64,000 bases of DNA from Vicinamibacteria bacterium (GCA_963555995.3 OY821641.1:3616001-3680000); one strand, 5' to 3'. Counted from the stretch's first letter, positions 50,884 through 61,333 are shown. The notes: generated by a model from the letters alone, not told the origin. Made by a program: numbers and translations.

Positions 50884-51213
50884 CTAGTGAACGGTGGAAG
50901 AGTCGGTTCCCTGGGGGCGGGGGACGCCCTCGCCTTCGGTCGCTTCCACGGCGCTCAACTGGGTCTCGAGCATCTTGATGAGGGCGGGGACGATCCGGAA
51001 GGGGAGCGTGATCCGGGTCTTGGGATCCGCGTGCACGACGGGTTCGCCGGATGCGTCGGTGTGCGAGAGGTCTTCCGGCTGGATGCCGGTCAGACTGCAG
51101 AAGGTGATCGTCAGGTCGAAGGGCGAGTGCGTCGCTTCGCAGAAGTTCGCGTACACCTCCGGACAGGCGACGTCGCGCCGAGCCTTGATCTTGAACGTTT
51201 TCTTCATGTCCAT
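50884..51213 (-). CDS. DUF3467-like protein
   Basis: EVYANFCEATHSPFDLTITF...RITLP..VPALIKMLETQL. Confidence 0.7.
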   Translation of the reverse strand: MDMKKTFKIKARRDVACPEVYANFCEATHSPFDLTITFCSLTGIQPEDLSHTDASGEPVVHADPKTRITLPFRIVPALIKMLETQLSAVEATEGEGVPRPQGTDSSTVH

Positions 51214-51257
51214 GGCGACTCCCGAAGTCGGACCCCCGCAAACGGGGTTGCCGACGG

Positions 51258-51332
51258 TAGCGGGGGGCGGACTTGAACCGCCGACCTAAGGGTTATGAGT
51301 CCTTCGCTCTGACCGGACTGAGCTACCCCGCC
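51258..51332 (-). tRNA. tRNA with CAT anticodon, probably elongator Met (Ile2 not excluded)
   Basis: GGCGGGGTAGCTCAG..CTCATAA..GGTTCAAGTCC..CCCCGCTA; followed by CCG rather than CCA. Confidence 0.9.
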
Positions 51333-51441
51333 AACCGAATTTCGTCGGAACCGGCCAATTGTACCACTGGGAACCTTTGGTATATCGGTTGCGTTTTCCT
51401 GCCATACACCGCGCCCCGGAGCGCGGAAAGGAGTCCCTCCC

Positions 51442-52071
51442 GTGAAGCAGATCCAGAGTCCCGCGCCGGTTCGGTCCGGCCTCTTCCGCGCGCTGCTGAT
51501 CGCGGCGCCGTTCGCCGTGTTCTCCGCCGGGCAGGCCGCCGCGGAACCCCATCCGGAGCCGGATGCCCGGATTCTCGTGACGCCCTCCGCGGAGTCCACG
51601 CTCGAGACGGCTTCGCAGCCGGGCCGCGAGTGGATGGCGCGCCGGTTCGACCGGCGGTCGGCAGTCCAGGAGCGCCGCGCCCGCCGGGGTGCGCGCCGCG
51701 CAGTCCGCTCCGGGCTGGCCGCGCGCTGGGTCGGACGGCGTATGGCGGCGGGGCTCGACCTCACCGAGGAGCAGCGCGACCAGATGCGGGAGGCGATGCG
51801 GGAGATCGGCGACAACCGCCGGACCAGCCGGCGGGAGATCGCCGACGCCCGGCGTTCCTTCCAGCGGGCGGCCCGCGACCCCGAACGGAGCGCCGAAGAA
51901 GTGCAGGCGCTGGGCGAAGCCCTCGGCAGGGCCCAGGCCGACCAGGCGCTCCAGCGGAGGTCGGACCGCGAGCGGATCGCCGGCATCCTCACCGAGGAGC
52001 AGCGCGAGCAACTTGAGCAAATGCGCGAGCGCCGGGGACCCCGCGCCCGAACCAGCCGCCGCCGCGGCTGA
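51442..52071 (+). CDS. Spy/CpxP-family periplasmic protein
   Basis: Signal peptide; two LTEEQR motifs. Confidence 0.8.
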   Translation: MKQIQSPAPVRSGLFRALLIAAPFAVFSAGQAAAEPHPEPDARILVTPSAESTLETASQPGREWMARRFDRRSAVQERRARRGARRAVRSGLAARWVGRRMAAGLDLTEEQRDQMREAMREIGDNRRTSRREIADARRSFQRAARDPERSAEEVQALGEALGRAQADQALQRRSDRERIAGILTEEQREQLEQMRERRGPRARTSRRRG

Positions 52072-52073
52072 CG

Positions 52074-52720
52074 GCTTGGAACGCCGGTCTCCAGACCGGC
52101 ACGCGCGGCGCTCCGCGCGGCGCACGGCGCGACGCCAACCGCCCCCACGGCGCCCCCGGCCCGGAACGCCGATCTCCAGATCGGCACCCGCTCCGCGGAG
52201 CGGAGCGGAACCGCACACCGCTGATCACAAAGATGCCCTCGCACGGCGGCATTGGCGCGGCGACGTTCCAGGTCGGGGATGCAATCGGGACATTCAGCCC
52301 CACCCCGTTGCGGCCCTCCGGGCCGCGTGCCGGTCTGGAGACCGGCGTTCCCAGGCGTGGGCGCCACCTTGGCTTCTGAGTTCGACGCCGAGGCGGGAGT
52401 CGCTTTTTCCGCGTGGGGTTGTGTCGTGCGCGGTGCGGAGCACCGCGCGTGCCGGTCTGGAGACCGGCGTTCCCAGGCGTGGGCGCCGCCTTGGCTTCTG
52501 AGTTCGACGCCGAGGCGGGAGTCGCTCTTTCCGCGTGGGGTTGCGCTGTGCGCGTTACGGAGCACCGCGCGTGCCGGTCTGGAGACCGGCGTTCCCAGGC
52601 GTGGGCGCCGCCTTGGCTTCTGAGTTCGACGCCGAGGGGGGAGCCGCTCTTTCCGCGTGGGGTTGCGCTGTGCGCGTTGCGGAGCACCGCGCGTGCCGGT
52701 CTGGAGACCGGCGTTCCAGG
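52074..52720. repeat. REP cluster including 3 x 122-bp tandem units
   Basis: GCCGGTCTGGAGACCGGC at 52329, 52451, 52573, 52695 with near-identical linkers. Confidence 0.9.
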
Positions 52721-52738
52721 CCGGCGCGTCGCCGGGGG

Positions 52739-53002
52739 CTACGCCCGGGCTTCTTCCTCTTCTTCCTCGGCTTCGAGCAGGCTCCGCTCGTCCTCGGTCA
52801 GCACGTCCGCCATCTTCCAGACGGGCTCCTGCGGACCCGGGACGATCCCCTCGAGGTCCCGGTCGCCGTCCGTGGGCGCGGCCATCGCCCGCTCCTTCTC
52901 GATGGCGCGTTCGCGGCGCCGCAACTCCTTGGCCCGCTGACGCGCGACGCGCTCCTTTTCCTTGCGGCGCTTGAGGAACGTCTGTCGGGAGCGGTTGGCC
53001 AT
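52739..53002 (-). CDS. Small basic/acidic hypothetical protein
   Basis: MANRSRQTFLKRRKEKER...DLEGIVPGPQ. Confidence 0.65.
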   Translation of the reverse strand: MANRSRQTFLKRRKEKERVARQRAKELRRRERAIEKERAMAAPTDGDRDLEGIVPGPQEPVWKMADVLTEDERSLLEAEEEEEEARA

Positions 53003-53126
53003 CGGCTCCGGGAATGCTAGCAAGCCGCCTCCCGGCGAGGTGGCCGCGGACGGATTCGGGGCCGCGTGGCCATATGCTCCCGGGTTCTTCCGTTTCGGGA
53101 TTTTGTCCTCACAGGAGGTCGGTCGA

Positions 53127-56100
53127 ATGGCTCTTCGGCAACTGAGATTCACCCGTGCGGCGCTCGCCGGGCTGGCGGCGCTCGTTCTTGCGGCACCCGT
53201 TTTCGCCCAGGACCTGCGGCTCGAGGCGTCCCACCTCCGCACCATGGAGTGGCGCAACATCGGGCCGTTGCGCGGAGGCCGCTCCCTATCCTGCACCGGC
53301 AGCCCCGGCCGCCGGCACGAGTACTACTTCGGGGCCACCGGCGGCGGTCTCTGGAAGACCCTCGACTCGGGCACCACCTGGTTCCCCGTGACCGACGGCC
53401 AGATCTCCAGCTCCTCGATCGGCGCCGTCGCGGTGGCGGAGACCAATCCCGACATCGTCTTCATCGGCGGGGGCGAGACCCAGCTCCGCGGCAGCATCAC
53501 CCAGGGGGACGGCGTCTACAAGAGTTCGGACGGCGGGGAGACCTGGCGCCACGTGGGCCTCCGCGACACCCAGGCGGTCGCCCGCATCCGGATCCACCCG
53601 GTGAACCCCGACATCGTCTATGTCGCGGCGCTCGGCCATCCCTACGGCGACAACGAGGAACGCGGCGTCTTCCGTTCCCGCGACGGCGGCAGCACCTGGG
53701 AACGGATCCTCTTCGTCAGCCCGGGCGCGGGAGCGGCCGACCTCATCATTGACCGGACGAATCCGGACGTTCTCTACGCGACCATCTGGCAGGTGTACCG
53801 CAAGGCCTGGAAGATGTGGGGCGGGGGTCCCGATTCCGGCCTCTACCGCTCGGAGGACGGCGGCGACACCTGGACCGAGCTCACCGGGAACCCGGGCATG
53901 CCGGCCGGTCCCATCGGCAAGATCGGGGTCACCGTTTCCCCGGCGAACCCCGACCGGGTCTGGGCGATCGTGGAGGCCCCGGAGGGCGGGGTGTTCCGGT
54001 CCGAGGACGGCGGCGCGACCTGGCGGCTCACCAACAACGAGCGCAAGCTGCGCCAGCGCGCCTTCTACTACTCCCGCATCTACGCCGATCCGGTGGACGT
54101 CGACACGGTGTACGCGCTGAACACCGGCTTCTACAAGTCAACGGACGGCGGCGAGACCTTCGACCACGTGATCCGCCCGCCCCACGGGGACCAGCACGAC
54201 CTCTGGATTGATCCGAACAACCCGCTGCGGATGTGCAACTCCAACGACGGCGGGGGCAACGTGAGCGTGAACGGCGGGGAGACCTGGACCGGTCAGGCCT
54301 ATTCGACCACCCAGCTCTACCACGTCAACGTGACGAACGACTTCCCCTACCACGTGTGCGGCGCCCAGCAGGACAACACGACGCTCTGCACGCCCAGTGA
54401 GGGCTGGGACCACATGCAGGCGCGGGGTCCGGGCAGCCGCTGGTACTACGACGCCGGCGGCGGCGAGAGCGGCTACATCACGCAGCACCCGTCGAACCTC
54501 GACGTCTTCTACGCCGGCAGCCAGGGAGCGCTGCTGACCCGCTACAACCGCGCGAACGGCCAGATCCGCGACATCCAGGTGTATCCGCGGTTCTTCTCGG
54601 GGGAACCGGCGAGCGCGCTGCCCGACCGCTGGCAGTGGACCTTCCCGATCGTCTTCTCACCGCTCGACGAGAACCGGCTCTACACGAGCTCGCAGTTCCT
54701 CTATATGACGACCGACGACGGCCAGTCGTGGACGAAGATCAGCCCCGACCTGACCTACGCCGACCCGGAGACGCTCGGCGAGACCGGCGGCGTCATCACG
54801 ATGGACATGAACGGCCCCGAGATCTACGCCACGATCTTCGCGGTCGTCCCCTCGCAGCACGACCTGGACACGATCTGGGCCGGCTCCGATGACGGACAAA
54901 TCCACGTCACCCGGGACCACGGGGCGAACTGGACGGAGATCACGCCAGCCGACCTTCCCAAGTTCAGCCGGGTCAGCATCATCGAAGAGTCGTCGCACCG
55001 GCCGGGCACGATCTTCGTGGCGGCCAACCGCTACCAGGTGGACGACCGCGAGCCCTACGTCTTCCGGACGACCGACTACGGCGCCACCTGGACGAAGATC
55101 GTGGACGGGATCGCCTCCGGGCACTTCGCGCGGGCGGTCCGGGAGGACCCGGTGCGCCAGGGGCTGCTCTTCCTCGGGACCGAGCACGCGGTGTACGCCT
55201 CCTGGGACGACGGGGACCACTGGGTGTCGCTCCAGCAGAACCTCCCGGACACGCCGATCCGCGACCTGGTGGTCAAGGAGGCGGACGTGGTGCTCGGCAC
55301 CCACGGCCGCGGGTTCTGGATCCTCGACGACATCCAGCCGCTCCGGCAGTACACCCCCGAGTCGCTGAACGCCACGCTGACGGTCTTCGATCCCGACCCG
55401 GCGGTGCGCGGCGTCCAGGACGGGATCGTCCAGTACCACCTGGCGGAAGAGGTGGACTCGGTGGTGGTGGAGATCCACGACGCGGGCGGCACGCTGGTGG
55501 ACCGCTTCGAGGGCACCGAGCCGGACTTCGAGGCGGAGCCGGACTTCTCGTGGTTCCGGGTGCGGCAATCTTCCGTCCCCACCACCGGCCAGGGGCTCAA
55601 CCGCTTCGTCTGGAGCGGCCGCTACCAGGGCGCCGTCGAGTTCGACGGGATGATCCTCTGGAGCGCGCGGGCCACCAGCGGTCCGAAGGCGCCTCCCGGC
55701 GAGTACCGGGTGAGCGTCACCGCGGCCGGCGTCACCGAGACCGCGGACCTCACGCTGGTCGCGGACCCCCGCCTCAGGGGGGTCACCACCGCCGACCTCG
55801 TGGAGCAGTTCGAGCTGGCCAGCCGGATCCGGGACCGGACGTCCGAGGCGAACGAGGCCGTGATCCAGATCCGGGACGTCCGCCTCCAGCTCGAGGAGCG
55901 GCTGGAAGGGTCGAGCGACCAGGGCCTGATCGCCGACGGCGGGCGGCTGCTCGAGGAGATGACCGAGGTCGAGGAGGCGCTCTACCAGACGAAGAACCGC
56001 AGCAACCAGGATCCGCTGAACTTCCCGATCCGGCTCAACAACCGGCTCGCGTCGCTCCGCCGCAGCGTGGAGACCGGCGACGCGAAGCCCACGGACGGCG

Positions 56101-56252
56101 CCTACGCGGTCTTCGAGGAGCTGTCGGGCGAGCTGGATCGGCACCTGGGACGGCTCGGCGGGCTGCTCGGCGAACGCCTCGACGGCCTGAACGGGAGGAT
56201 CACCGCCGCTGGCGCGGACCCGGTGGACGCCGGGCGCTGGAAGGAGCAGTAG
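53127..56252 (+). CDS. VPS10/BNR-repeat glycosyl-hydrolase-like protein
   Basis: SD AGGAGG; WRNIGPLRGGR; many SxDGGxTW Asp-boxes; HGDQHDLWIDP; GTHGRGFWILDD. Confidence 0.92.
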   Translation: MALRQLRFTRAALAGLAALVLAAPVFAQDLRLEASHLRTMEWRNIGPLRGGRSLSCTGSPGRRHEYYFGATGGGLWKTLDSGTTWFPVTDGQISSSSIGAVAVAETNPDIVFIGGGETQLRGSITQGDGVYKSSDGGETWRHVGLRDTQAVARIRIHPVNPDIVYVAALGHPYGDNEERGVFRSRDGGSTWERILFVSPGAGAADLIIDRTNPDVLYATIWQVYRKAWKMWGGGPDSGLYRSEDGGDTWTELTGNPGMPAGPIGKIGVTVSPANPDRVWAIVEAPEGGVFRSEDGGATWRLTNNERKLRQRAFYYSRIYADPVDVDTVYALNTGFYKSTDGGETFDHVIRPPHGDQHDLWIDPNNPLRMCNSNDGGGNVSVNGGETWTGQAYSTTQLYHVNVTNDFPYHVCGAQQDNTTLCTPSEGWDHMQARGPGSRWYYDAGGGESGYITQHPSNLDVFYAGSQGALLTRYNRANGQIRDIQVYPRFFSGEPASALPDRWQWTFPIVFSPLDENRLYTSSQFLYMTTDDGQSWTKISPDLTYADPETLGETGGVITMDMNGPEIYATIFAVVPSQHDLDTIWAGSDDGQIHVTRDHGANWTEITPADLPKFSRVSIIEESSHRPGTIFVAANRYQVDDREPYVFRTTDYGATWTKIVDGIASGHFARAVREDPVRQGLLFLGTEHAVYASWDDGDHWVSLQQNLPDTPIRDLVVKEADVVLGTHGRGFWILDDIQPLRQYTPESLNATLTVFDPDPAVRGVQDGIVQYHLAEEVDSVVVEIHDAGGTLVDRFEGTEPDFEAEPDFSWFRVRQSSVPTTGQGLNRFVWSGRYQGAVEFDGMILWSARATSGPKAPPGEYRVSVTAAGVTETADLTLVADPRLRGVTTADLVEQFELASRIRDRTSEANEAVIQIRDVRLQLEERLEGSSDQGLIADGGRLLEEMTEVEEALYQTKNRSNQDPLNFPIRLNNRLASLRRSVETGDAKPTDGAYAVFEELSGELDRHLGRLGGLLGERLDGLNGRITAAGADPVDAGRWKEQ

Positions 56253-56294
56253 CGACGTCCCCGGCGCCGCCGGCCGGGCGACGGAGCGGCCTCG

Positions 56295-56894
56295 CTAGGG
56301 CGCTCCGGCGCGGCCGGCGGCGACCACGCCCGCTGCGCGTTCGGGCGGTGACTCCCCGGCGGCGAAGGGCACGACCGCGAGCAGTGCCACCTCGTTCGTG
56401 AGCATTAGCTCGCCGTCGAAGACGAACCGGCCCGAGAACGGCTGCTCCCGCAGGAGGAGCGGGAGCCAGATGGCGTCGTCCTCCCACATGCGCTCGTAGG
56501 GGATGGACTCGAGGTCCGCCCAGAGCGGCGTCGCTTCGACCGTGGGCTCGGGCTCGCCGGCGAACCCGTCGGCGCGGAACACGTAGACGTGGATCGAGTA
56601 GCCGTCCACGAACTGGAACCGCAGTTCCCCGGCGGGACGAATCCCGGTGGGGCGGATCCGGATCTCCTCCTCCGCCTCGCGGACCGCCGCGGCGCGGGGC
56701 GTCTCGCCGGGTTCCAGCCGTCCGCCCGGTCCGTTGATCTTCCCCTGTCCCAGCCCCCGGTGCTTCTCGATGAGCAGGATGCGGCCGCCCGAGACGACGA
56801 AGAGTAGGGTGGCGCGTTCCTCGGGGGTCCAGCCGTCCCAGGCGAACGTCCGGAGGAACGCCCGCGCCTCGGCGGAGATGCCGTTCCCGGTCAC
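56295..56894 (-). CDS. NUDIX hydrolase (8-oxo-dGTPase, MTH1-like)
   Basis: Nudix box GGRLEPGETPRAAAVREAEEE; IPYERMWEDD. Confidence 0.88.
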   Translation of the reverse strand: MTGNGISAEARAFLRTFAWDGWTPEERATLLFVVSGGRILLIEKHRGLGQGKINGPGGRLEPGETPRAAAVREAEEEIRIRPTGIRPAGELRFQFVDGYSIHVYVFRADGFAGEPEPTVEATPLWADLESIPYERMWEDDAIWLPLLLREQPFSGRFVFDGELMLTNEVALLAVVPFAAGESPPERAAGVVAAGRAGAP

Positions 56895-56949
56895 TCGCTT
56901 ACCCGGCGGTGGCGAGAATCTCCCACTGCCCGTTCGCGGCGCGCAGCGC

Positions 56950-57030
56950 CGCGGGGGAGGGGTGTGGGGAGGGGTGTCCCCTCCCCACAGGAAAGGACGG
57001 CATGGATCGCGGAGCGATCCATGCCGTCGC
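56950..57030. other. Double hairpin, possibly related to family-2 element
   Basis: GTGGGGAGGGG-tgt-CCCCTCCCCAC and GACGGCATGGATCGC/GCGATCCATGCCGTC. Confidence 0.5.
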
Positions 57031-57123
57031 CCCCGTGGAGGGAGCACCCCGCACGCGGACTGACGGCCGGGATTGGTGCGGGAACCGCGGGGGGAACCGG
57101 GCGGGGTGCTTCCTTCACGGGGG

Positions 57124-58125
57124 CTAACTGCCGTCCCAGCCGACGCCGGAGAGGCGGCCGAGGAGCGACCCCTCGCCCTTGCCGCCGCCACCGGTCTGCG
57201 GCGCCGCCTGGTGGATGCGACCGGCGAGGCGGCTGAACGGCAGCGACTGCAGCCAGACCCACCCCGGTCCGGTGAGGCTCGCGAAGAAGAAGCCCTCGCC
57301 GCCGAAGATGGCCGACTTGATGCCGCCCACGGACTGGATGTCGTAGTTGACCGAGGGGGCGAGCGCGACGAGACAGCCGGTGTCCACCCGCAGGTTCTCA
57401 CCGGCGGCCAGCTCCTTCTTGACGATCGTGCCGCCGGCGTGGAGGAAGGCCAGCCCGTCGCCTTCGAGCGATTGCATGATGAAGCCCTCCCCGCCGAAGA
57501 GCGCCGTCCCGATCTTGCGCTGGAACGCGATGCCGATCGAGACGCCCTTGGCGCCGCAGAGGAACGCGTCCTTCTGGGCGATGAGCCGGCCGCCCAGCTC
57601 GTCGAGCTGCACCGGCAGGATCTTGCCCGGATAGGGCGAGGCGAACGCCACGTGCTGTTTCCCGCCGCCCCGGTTCACGAACTCCGTCATGAACAGGCTC
57701 TCGCCGGTGAGCAGCCGCTTGCCGGCGCCCAGCATCTTGTCCATGAACCCCGTCTGGTTCCCGTCGCCGAAGATCGTCTGCATCTCGATTCCGGCGCTCA
57801 TGAACATCATGGCCCCCGCTTCGGCCACCGCCCCTTCACCGGGATCGAGCTCGACTTCCACGAACTGCATCTCCTCGCCGAAGATCCGGTAGTCCACCTC
57901 GTGCATCCGGCCCGGCGCGGGCGGACGCGGCGGCGGCGCGCCGTCACCGATGCCGGTCCGCAGCTCGGGGACCCCGGAGACCGGTTGCCAGGAGCTTTCC
58001 CCGAGCGGACAGACCAGCGTGCCCGCGGTCCAGCGGCCGCTATGGAGCGACTGCCGGACGTCGGCGGTGGAGAAGGGGCCGAGCGTCCGGCCCCCTTCGG
58101 CTACGTACCATTGACTGGTTGACAT
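57124..58125 (-). CDS. GYF_2 plus AIM24/TIGR00266-family protein
   Basis: WYVAEGGRTLGPFS; MQFVEVELDPGE..AEAGAMM; FGGEGF twice; GPGWVWLQSLPFSRLA. Confidence 0.9.
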   Translation of the reverse strand: MSTSQWYVAEGGRTLGPFSTADVRQSLHSGRWTAGTLVCPLGESSWQPVSGVPELRTGIGDGAPPPRPPAPGRMHEVDYRIFGEEMQFVEVELDPGEGAVAEAGAMMFMSAGIEMQTIFGDGNQTGFMDKMLGAGKRLLTGESLFMTEFVNRGGGKQHVAFASPYPGKILPVQLDELGGRLIAQKDAFLCGAKGVSIGIAFQRKIGTALFGGEGFIMQSLEGDGLAFLHAGGTIVKKELAAGENLRVDTGCLVALAPSVNYDIQSVGGIKSAIFGGEGFFFASLTGPGWVWLQSLPFSRLAGRIHQAAPQTGGGGKGEGSLLGRLSGVGWDGS

Positions 58126-58359
58126 GTTCTCTCCTTTCGCGAACCCCGGCCCGCCCGCCGCTTCGTCAGCTCCTTCCGCAGTGAAACCAGAGGAGTCCGC
58201 CGAGAGCCAGCGCCGCCAGGACGATGGGCGCAAGAGCCACTACGAAATGCCAGCGCTTCGGGTTCGGTCCGTTCGCGTCCGCCGGCCGGTTCATCGGGCA
58301 ACTGTAACGGCGGGACCGCCGGTTCCGGCGGCGTTTCGGGTTCGCTGACCACCGGAACC

Positions 58360-59709
58360 ATGGAGGCTTCGCGCGGTCTGCCGCCGCCCTCCGAAGGGCT
58401 GCGCCGGGACCTCCTGGAGATTCACCGGGCGGCGCTCCGGGCGGCCGACCCGGAGCGGATCCTGGAGCGGGACCTCCGGGGTGACGCCGTGTCCGGATGG
58501 ACCTTCCGGGGACGGCCCCTGCTGCCGCCCCTGCGGACGGCTGGGGAACCGGTCTTCCTGTTCGGCGCCGGCAAGGCGGCCGCCGCGCTCGCCCGCGGGG
58601 TCCGGCGCGGGCTCGCCGGGGAGGACGTGCGCGGGAGGGTCATCGTGAAGCACGGCCACCGGCTGGAAGTGCCCGGGGTGGTGGTCGAGGAGGCGGGGCA
58701 TCCCGTCCCGGACGCCGACTCGGTCGAGGCGACCAAGCGGTTGCTCGGGGACCTGCGGGCGAGCGGCGAGAGCGGCCGGGTCCTGGTGCTGCTGACCGGA
58801 GGGGCGTCGGCGCTGCTGGTCGCTCCGGCGGCCGGCATCACCCCGGAGGACAAGTCGCGGGTCAGTTCCCTGCTGCTCGCCTGCGGCGCCGACATCCACG
58901 AGATCAACACGGTCCGCAAGCACCTCTCGGCGGTCAAGGGCGGCGGCCTCATCCCCCTGCTGCCGCCGGGGCGCGCCGCCGCGCTCGTGATCTCCGACGT
59001 GATCGGCGACCAGTTGACCTCCATCGGTTCCGGGCCGGCCACCGGGGATCCCACCACCTTCGGCGACGCCTTGGGGGTGCTCGAGAAGTTCGACCTGACG
59101 GAGCGGGTCCCGGAAGCGGTGCTCCACCGCTTCCGCGACGGGGTTGCCGGGGCCGTCGCGGAGACGCCCGCTGCGCCCCCCGAGGCCGTGCCCCACCACA
59201 TCGTGGCCAGCAACTTCCATTCGCTCCGCGCGGCCGAGGAGGAAGCGTCCCGACGCGGCTACCGCGCCGAAGTCTTCGGCCGGGATCTCGCGGGCGGGGT
59301 GCACGAAACCGCCCGCCGGTTCGCGCGCCGGCTGGCTGTCCTCGGTTCGGAACCGGCGCCGGCGGCGCTCCTCGCGGGAGGTGAGCTGACCCTCGCGGTG
59401 ACGGGCGGCGGACGCGGGGGACGGAGCCAGGAGTTCGCGCTGGTCGCGGCGCGGCATCTGGAGGGCGTCCCGGGGGTCGCCCTGCTCGCCGCAGGGACCG
59501 ACGGCACCGACGGCCCCACGGACGCGGCCGGGGCCTTCGCGGACGGGGCGTCGTGGAACCGGGCCCGGCAGCGGGGTCTCGATCCGGAGGCCACGCTCCG
59601 GAACAACGATTCCTGGTCGCTGTTCCGGGAAACGGGCGACCTGCTCGTCACCGGTCCCACCGGGACGAACGTCATGGACCTCATGGTGGGACTGACAGCG
59701 GGCGGTTAA
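58360..59709 (+). CDS. Glycerate kinase type 2 (MOFRL family)
   Basis: GAGKAA, EAGHPVPD, NTVRKHLSAVKGG, GGRSQE, GTDGTDG, TGPTGTNVMD. Confidence 0.92.
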   Translation: MEASRGLPPPSEGLRRDLLEIHRAALRAADPERILERDLRGDAVSGWTFRGRPLLPPLRTAGEPVFLFGAGKAAAALARGVRRGLAGEDVRGRVIVKHGHRLEVPGVVVEEAGHPVPDADSVEATKRLLGDLRASGESGRVLVLLTGGASALLVAPAAGITPEDKSRVSSLLLACGADIHEINTVRKHLSAVKGGGLIPLLPPGRAAALVISDVIGDQLTSIGSGPATGDPTTFGDALGVLEKFDLTERVPEAVLHRFRDGVAGAVAETPAAPPEAVPHHIVASNFHSLRAAEEEASRRGYRAEVFGRDLAGGVHETARRFARRLAVLGSEPAPAALLAGGELTLAVTGGGRGGRSQEFALVAARHLEGVPGVALLAAGTDGTDGPTDAAGAFADGASWNRARQRGLDPEATLRNNDSWSLFRETGDLLVTGPTGTNVMDLMVGLTAGG

Positions 59710-59888
59710 CAGCCTGTGGTGAAACCCACGTGAGCGCCGAGACGGGTGAGGCGCCCGGCTGACAAGGCGCGTGAGGGAGGAATACCGGGTGTATTCCGAC
59801 CGAAACGCAACGCAGAGCGCCTCGGAGAGGCGCGGTTCAGCCGGGATGCATCGCCCGTCGAACGCCGCGTGGGTTTTGCCACAGGCTG
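59710..59888. mobile_element. MITE, 179 bp, TTAA target-site duplication
   Basis: 21-bp TIR CAGCCTGTGGTGAAACCCACG / CGTGGGTTTTGCCACAGGCTG (2 mismatches); TTAA at 59706-59709 and 59889-59892. Confidence 0.85.
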
Positions 59889-60590
59889 TTAACGCGGTCC
59901 CTGCCACGGGCGGCGCCGCCCGCGCGAGGCCGCGGGGCGCAGCCGCACCCGGTAGTGGCGCCCGGCGAAGGAAGTCCGGAGCGCCCGTTTGAGCAAGGTG
60001 ATCCGGCGGGCCACGGAGGAAGGGCTGAGCGGCACCGCCCGCAGGCGCGCGATCTGCGGAATGGTGCAGCGGTCCCGAAAATAGAGTTGATACAGAAGCC
60101 GGTTCAGGGCGTATTGGCGGGCGTCCAGCGAGATCCGCTGCAGGACCGTTTCGACGCTCTCGTCCATTTCCCGCATCCTGACCGCGGACTCCGGGTCGTC
60201 ACCGTCGTCTTCGATCGGGTTTTCCGCCAGCGCCGCTTCGAGCCGCCAGGGCTCGTCGGCCGGGAACGACTGTTCGACGTGCCGCCGGTACCCGTCGCGC
60301 CGGAACTGGTCCCGGAGGATGTTCTCCGCGATCCGCCGGATGAACACCTCGAACGTCTCCTCCCGCTTCCCGGCGAAACTGCGGATCACCCGGCGCCGGT
60401 CGGAGACGAGCCGCTCCATGACGTCCTGCGCCAGGTCGTCGAGGCCGCCGCGGTCCATCTGCGTGCGATCCGCGAAACGCGCGTGCAGGACCACGCCGAT
60501 CAGGGTCCGGCAGCGCCTGAACAGGACTCCCCACAGAGGGTCATCCGGACGCGCCGCCACCAGGCGGCGCAACAGCTCCCAGGAGTCCAT
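59889..60590 (-). CDS. ECF-type sigma-70 factor-like protein
   Basis: DDLAQDVMERL, FIRRIAENILRDQFRR (region 2); C-terminal HTH TIPQIARL..SSVARRI. Confidence 0.72.
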   Translation of the reverse strand: MDSWELLRRLVAARPDDPLWGVLFRRCRTLIGVVLHARFADRTQMDRGGLDDLAQDVMERLVSDRRRVIRSFAGKREETFEVFIRRIAENILRDQFRRDGYRRHVEQSFPADEPWRLEAALAENPIEDDGDDPESAVRMREMDESVETVLQRISLDARQYALNRLLYQLYFRDRCTIPQIARLRAVPLSPSSVARRITLLKRALRTSFAGRHYRVRLRPAASRGRRRPWQGPR

Positions 60591-60676
60591 ACGCGTCGGG
60601 GGCGGGCGAGTCTAATCCTTCGTAACCGTCTCCGAACATCCTTTTTTTGCGCCGGTTGTGAGTGCGTTACACCAAA

Positions 60677-61084
60677 TTACACCGAGCCGGCGACGCCGTT
60701 CCCGCCGCGATCCTTCGCGGAGGAAACGAGCAGCGCGACCACCGTCACGGCGGCGAGGACACCGTCCGAGGCGGCGAACGCGAGGAACAGGGGTGGGGAG
60801 TCCCGCAACGCGAAGTCCAGCACGAAGAGCAGGGCGCCGCCTCCCTTGAGCACGGGTCCCATGATCCAGATGTACCAGCGATTCGCTTCCAGGTTCTTCA
60901 GGATCGCGAAGTACCCGAGGCCGACCGCGAGAGCGAAGAGTCCGTTCAGATTCGCGTGGATCGGGAAGCGGGGCGGCTCGGTGCCGAACAGTTGCCGAAC
61001 CTCGTCCAGCGCGAAGAGCAACGCGCCGCCCAACAGCACGTCATAGACGCCGCTGACGACGACGACGCCAAGGAGCAACCTCAT
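60677..61084 (-). CDS. Four-TM membrane protein
   Basis: Four hydrophobic segments; ATG start. Confidence 0.7.
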   Translation of the reverse strand: MRLLLGVVVVSGVYDVLLGGALLFALDEVRQLFGTEPPRFPIHANLNGLFALAVGLGYFAILKNLEANRWYIWIMGPVLKGGGALLFVLDFALRDSPPLFLAFAASDGVLAAVTVVALLVSSAKDRGGNGVAGSV

Positions 61085-61098
61085 CGCTCAAAGCCTAA

Positions 61099-61149
61099 CG
61101 GCCGGTGGTGAAACCCACGTGAGCGCTGCGTGGGTTTTGCGACCGGCCG
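61099..61149. mobile_element. Minimal (ends-only) relative of the 59710 MITE
   Basis: CGGCCGGTGGTGAAACCCACGTGAGCGCTGCGTGGGTTTTGCGACCGGCCG shares both termini with the MITE. Confidence 0.7.
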
Positions 61150-61333
61150 TTCATCTCCGGGGGGGCCTGCGAGGGGCGTCCGGCGCGCTGTCACCCGTCC
61201 ATTACAGCCTCCCCGCCCCGGCTATACTGCCTGACTGCCCCGTGTGGAAAACCGCATGCGGCGCCCGGAGATCAACGGGTCGCTCACGCGGCTTCGCGAT
61301 GGTCCGGGTCCGCGGGGGCTCCGCATCAGTCCC

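Noticed and set aside
51255-51258. tRNA ending in CCG as a sign of an integration scar
   Set aside because: No integrase or duplicated tRNA end was seen, and CCA is often added post-transcriptionally
52324-52720. CRISPR-like regularly spaced palindromes
   Set aside because: The linkers are near-identical, so these are 122-bp tandem REP units
51204-53020. ORFs with repeated WERRSPDRH / GNAGLQTG peptides
   Set aside because: These are translations of REP repeats, not repeat proteins
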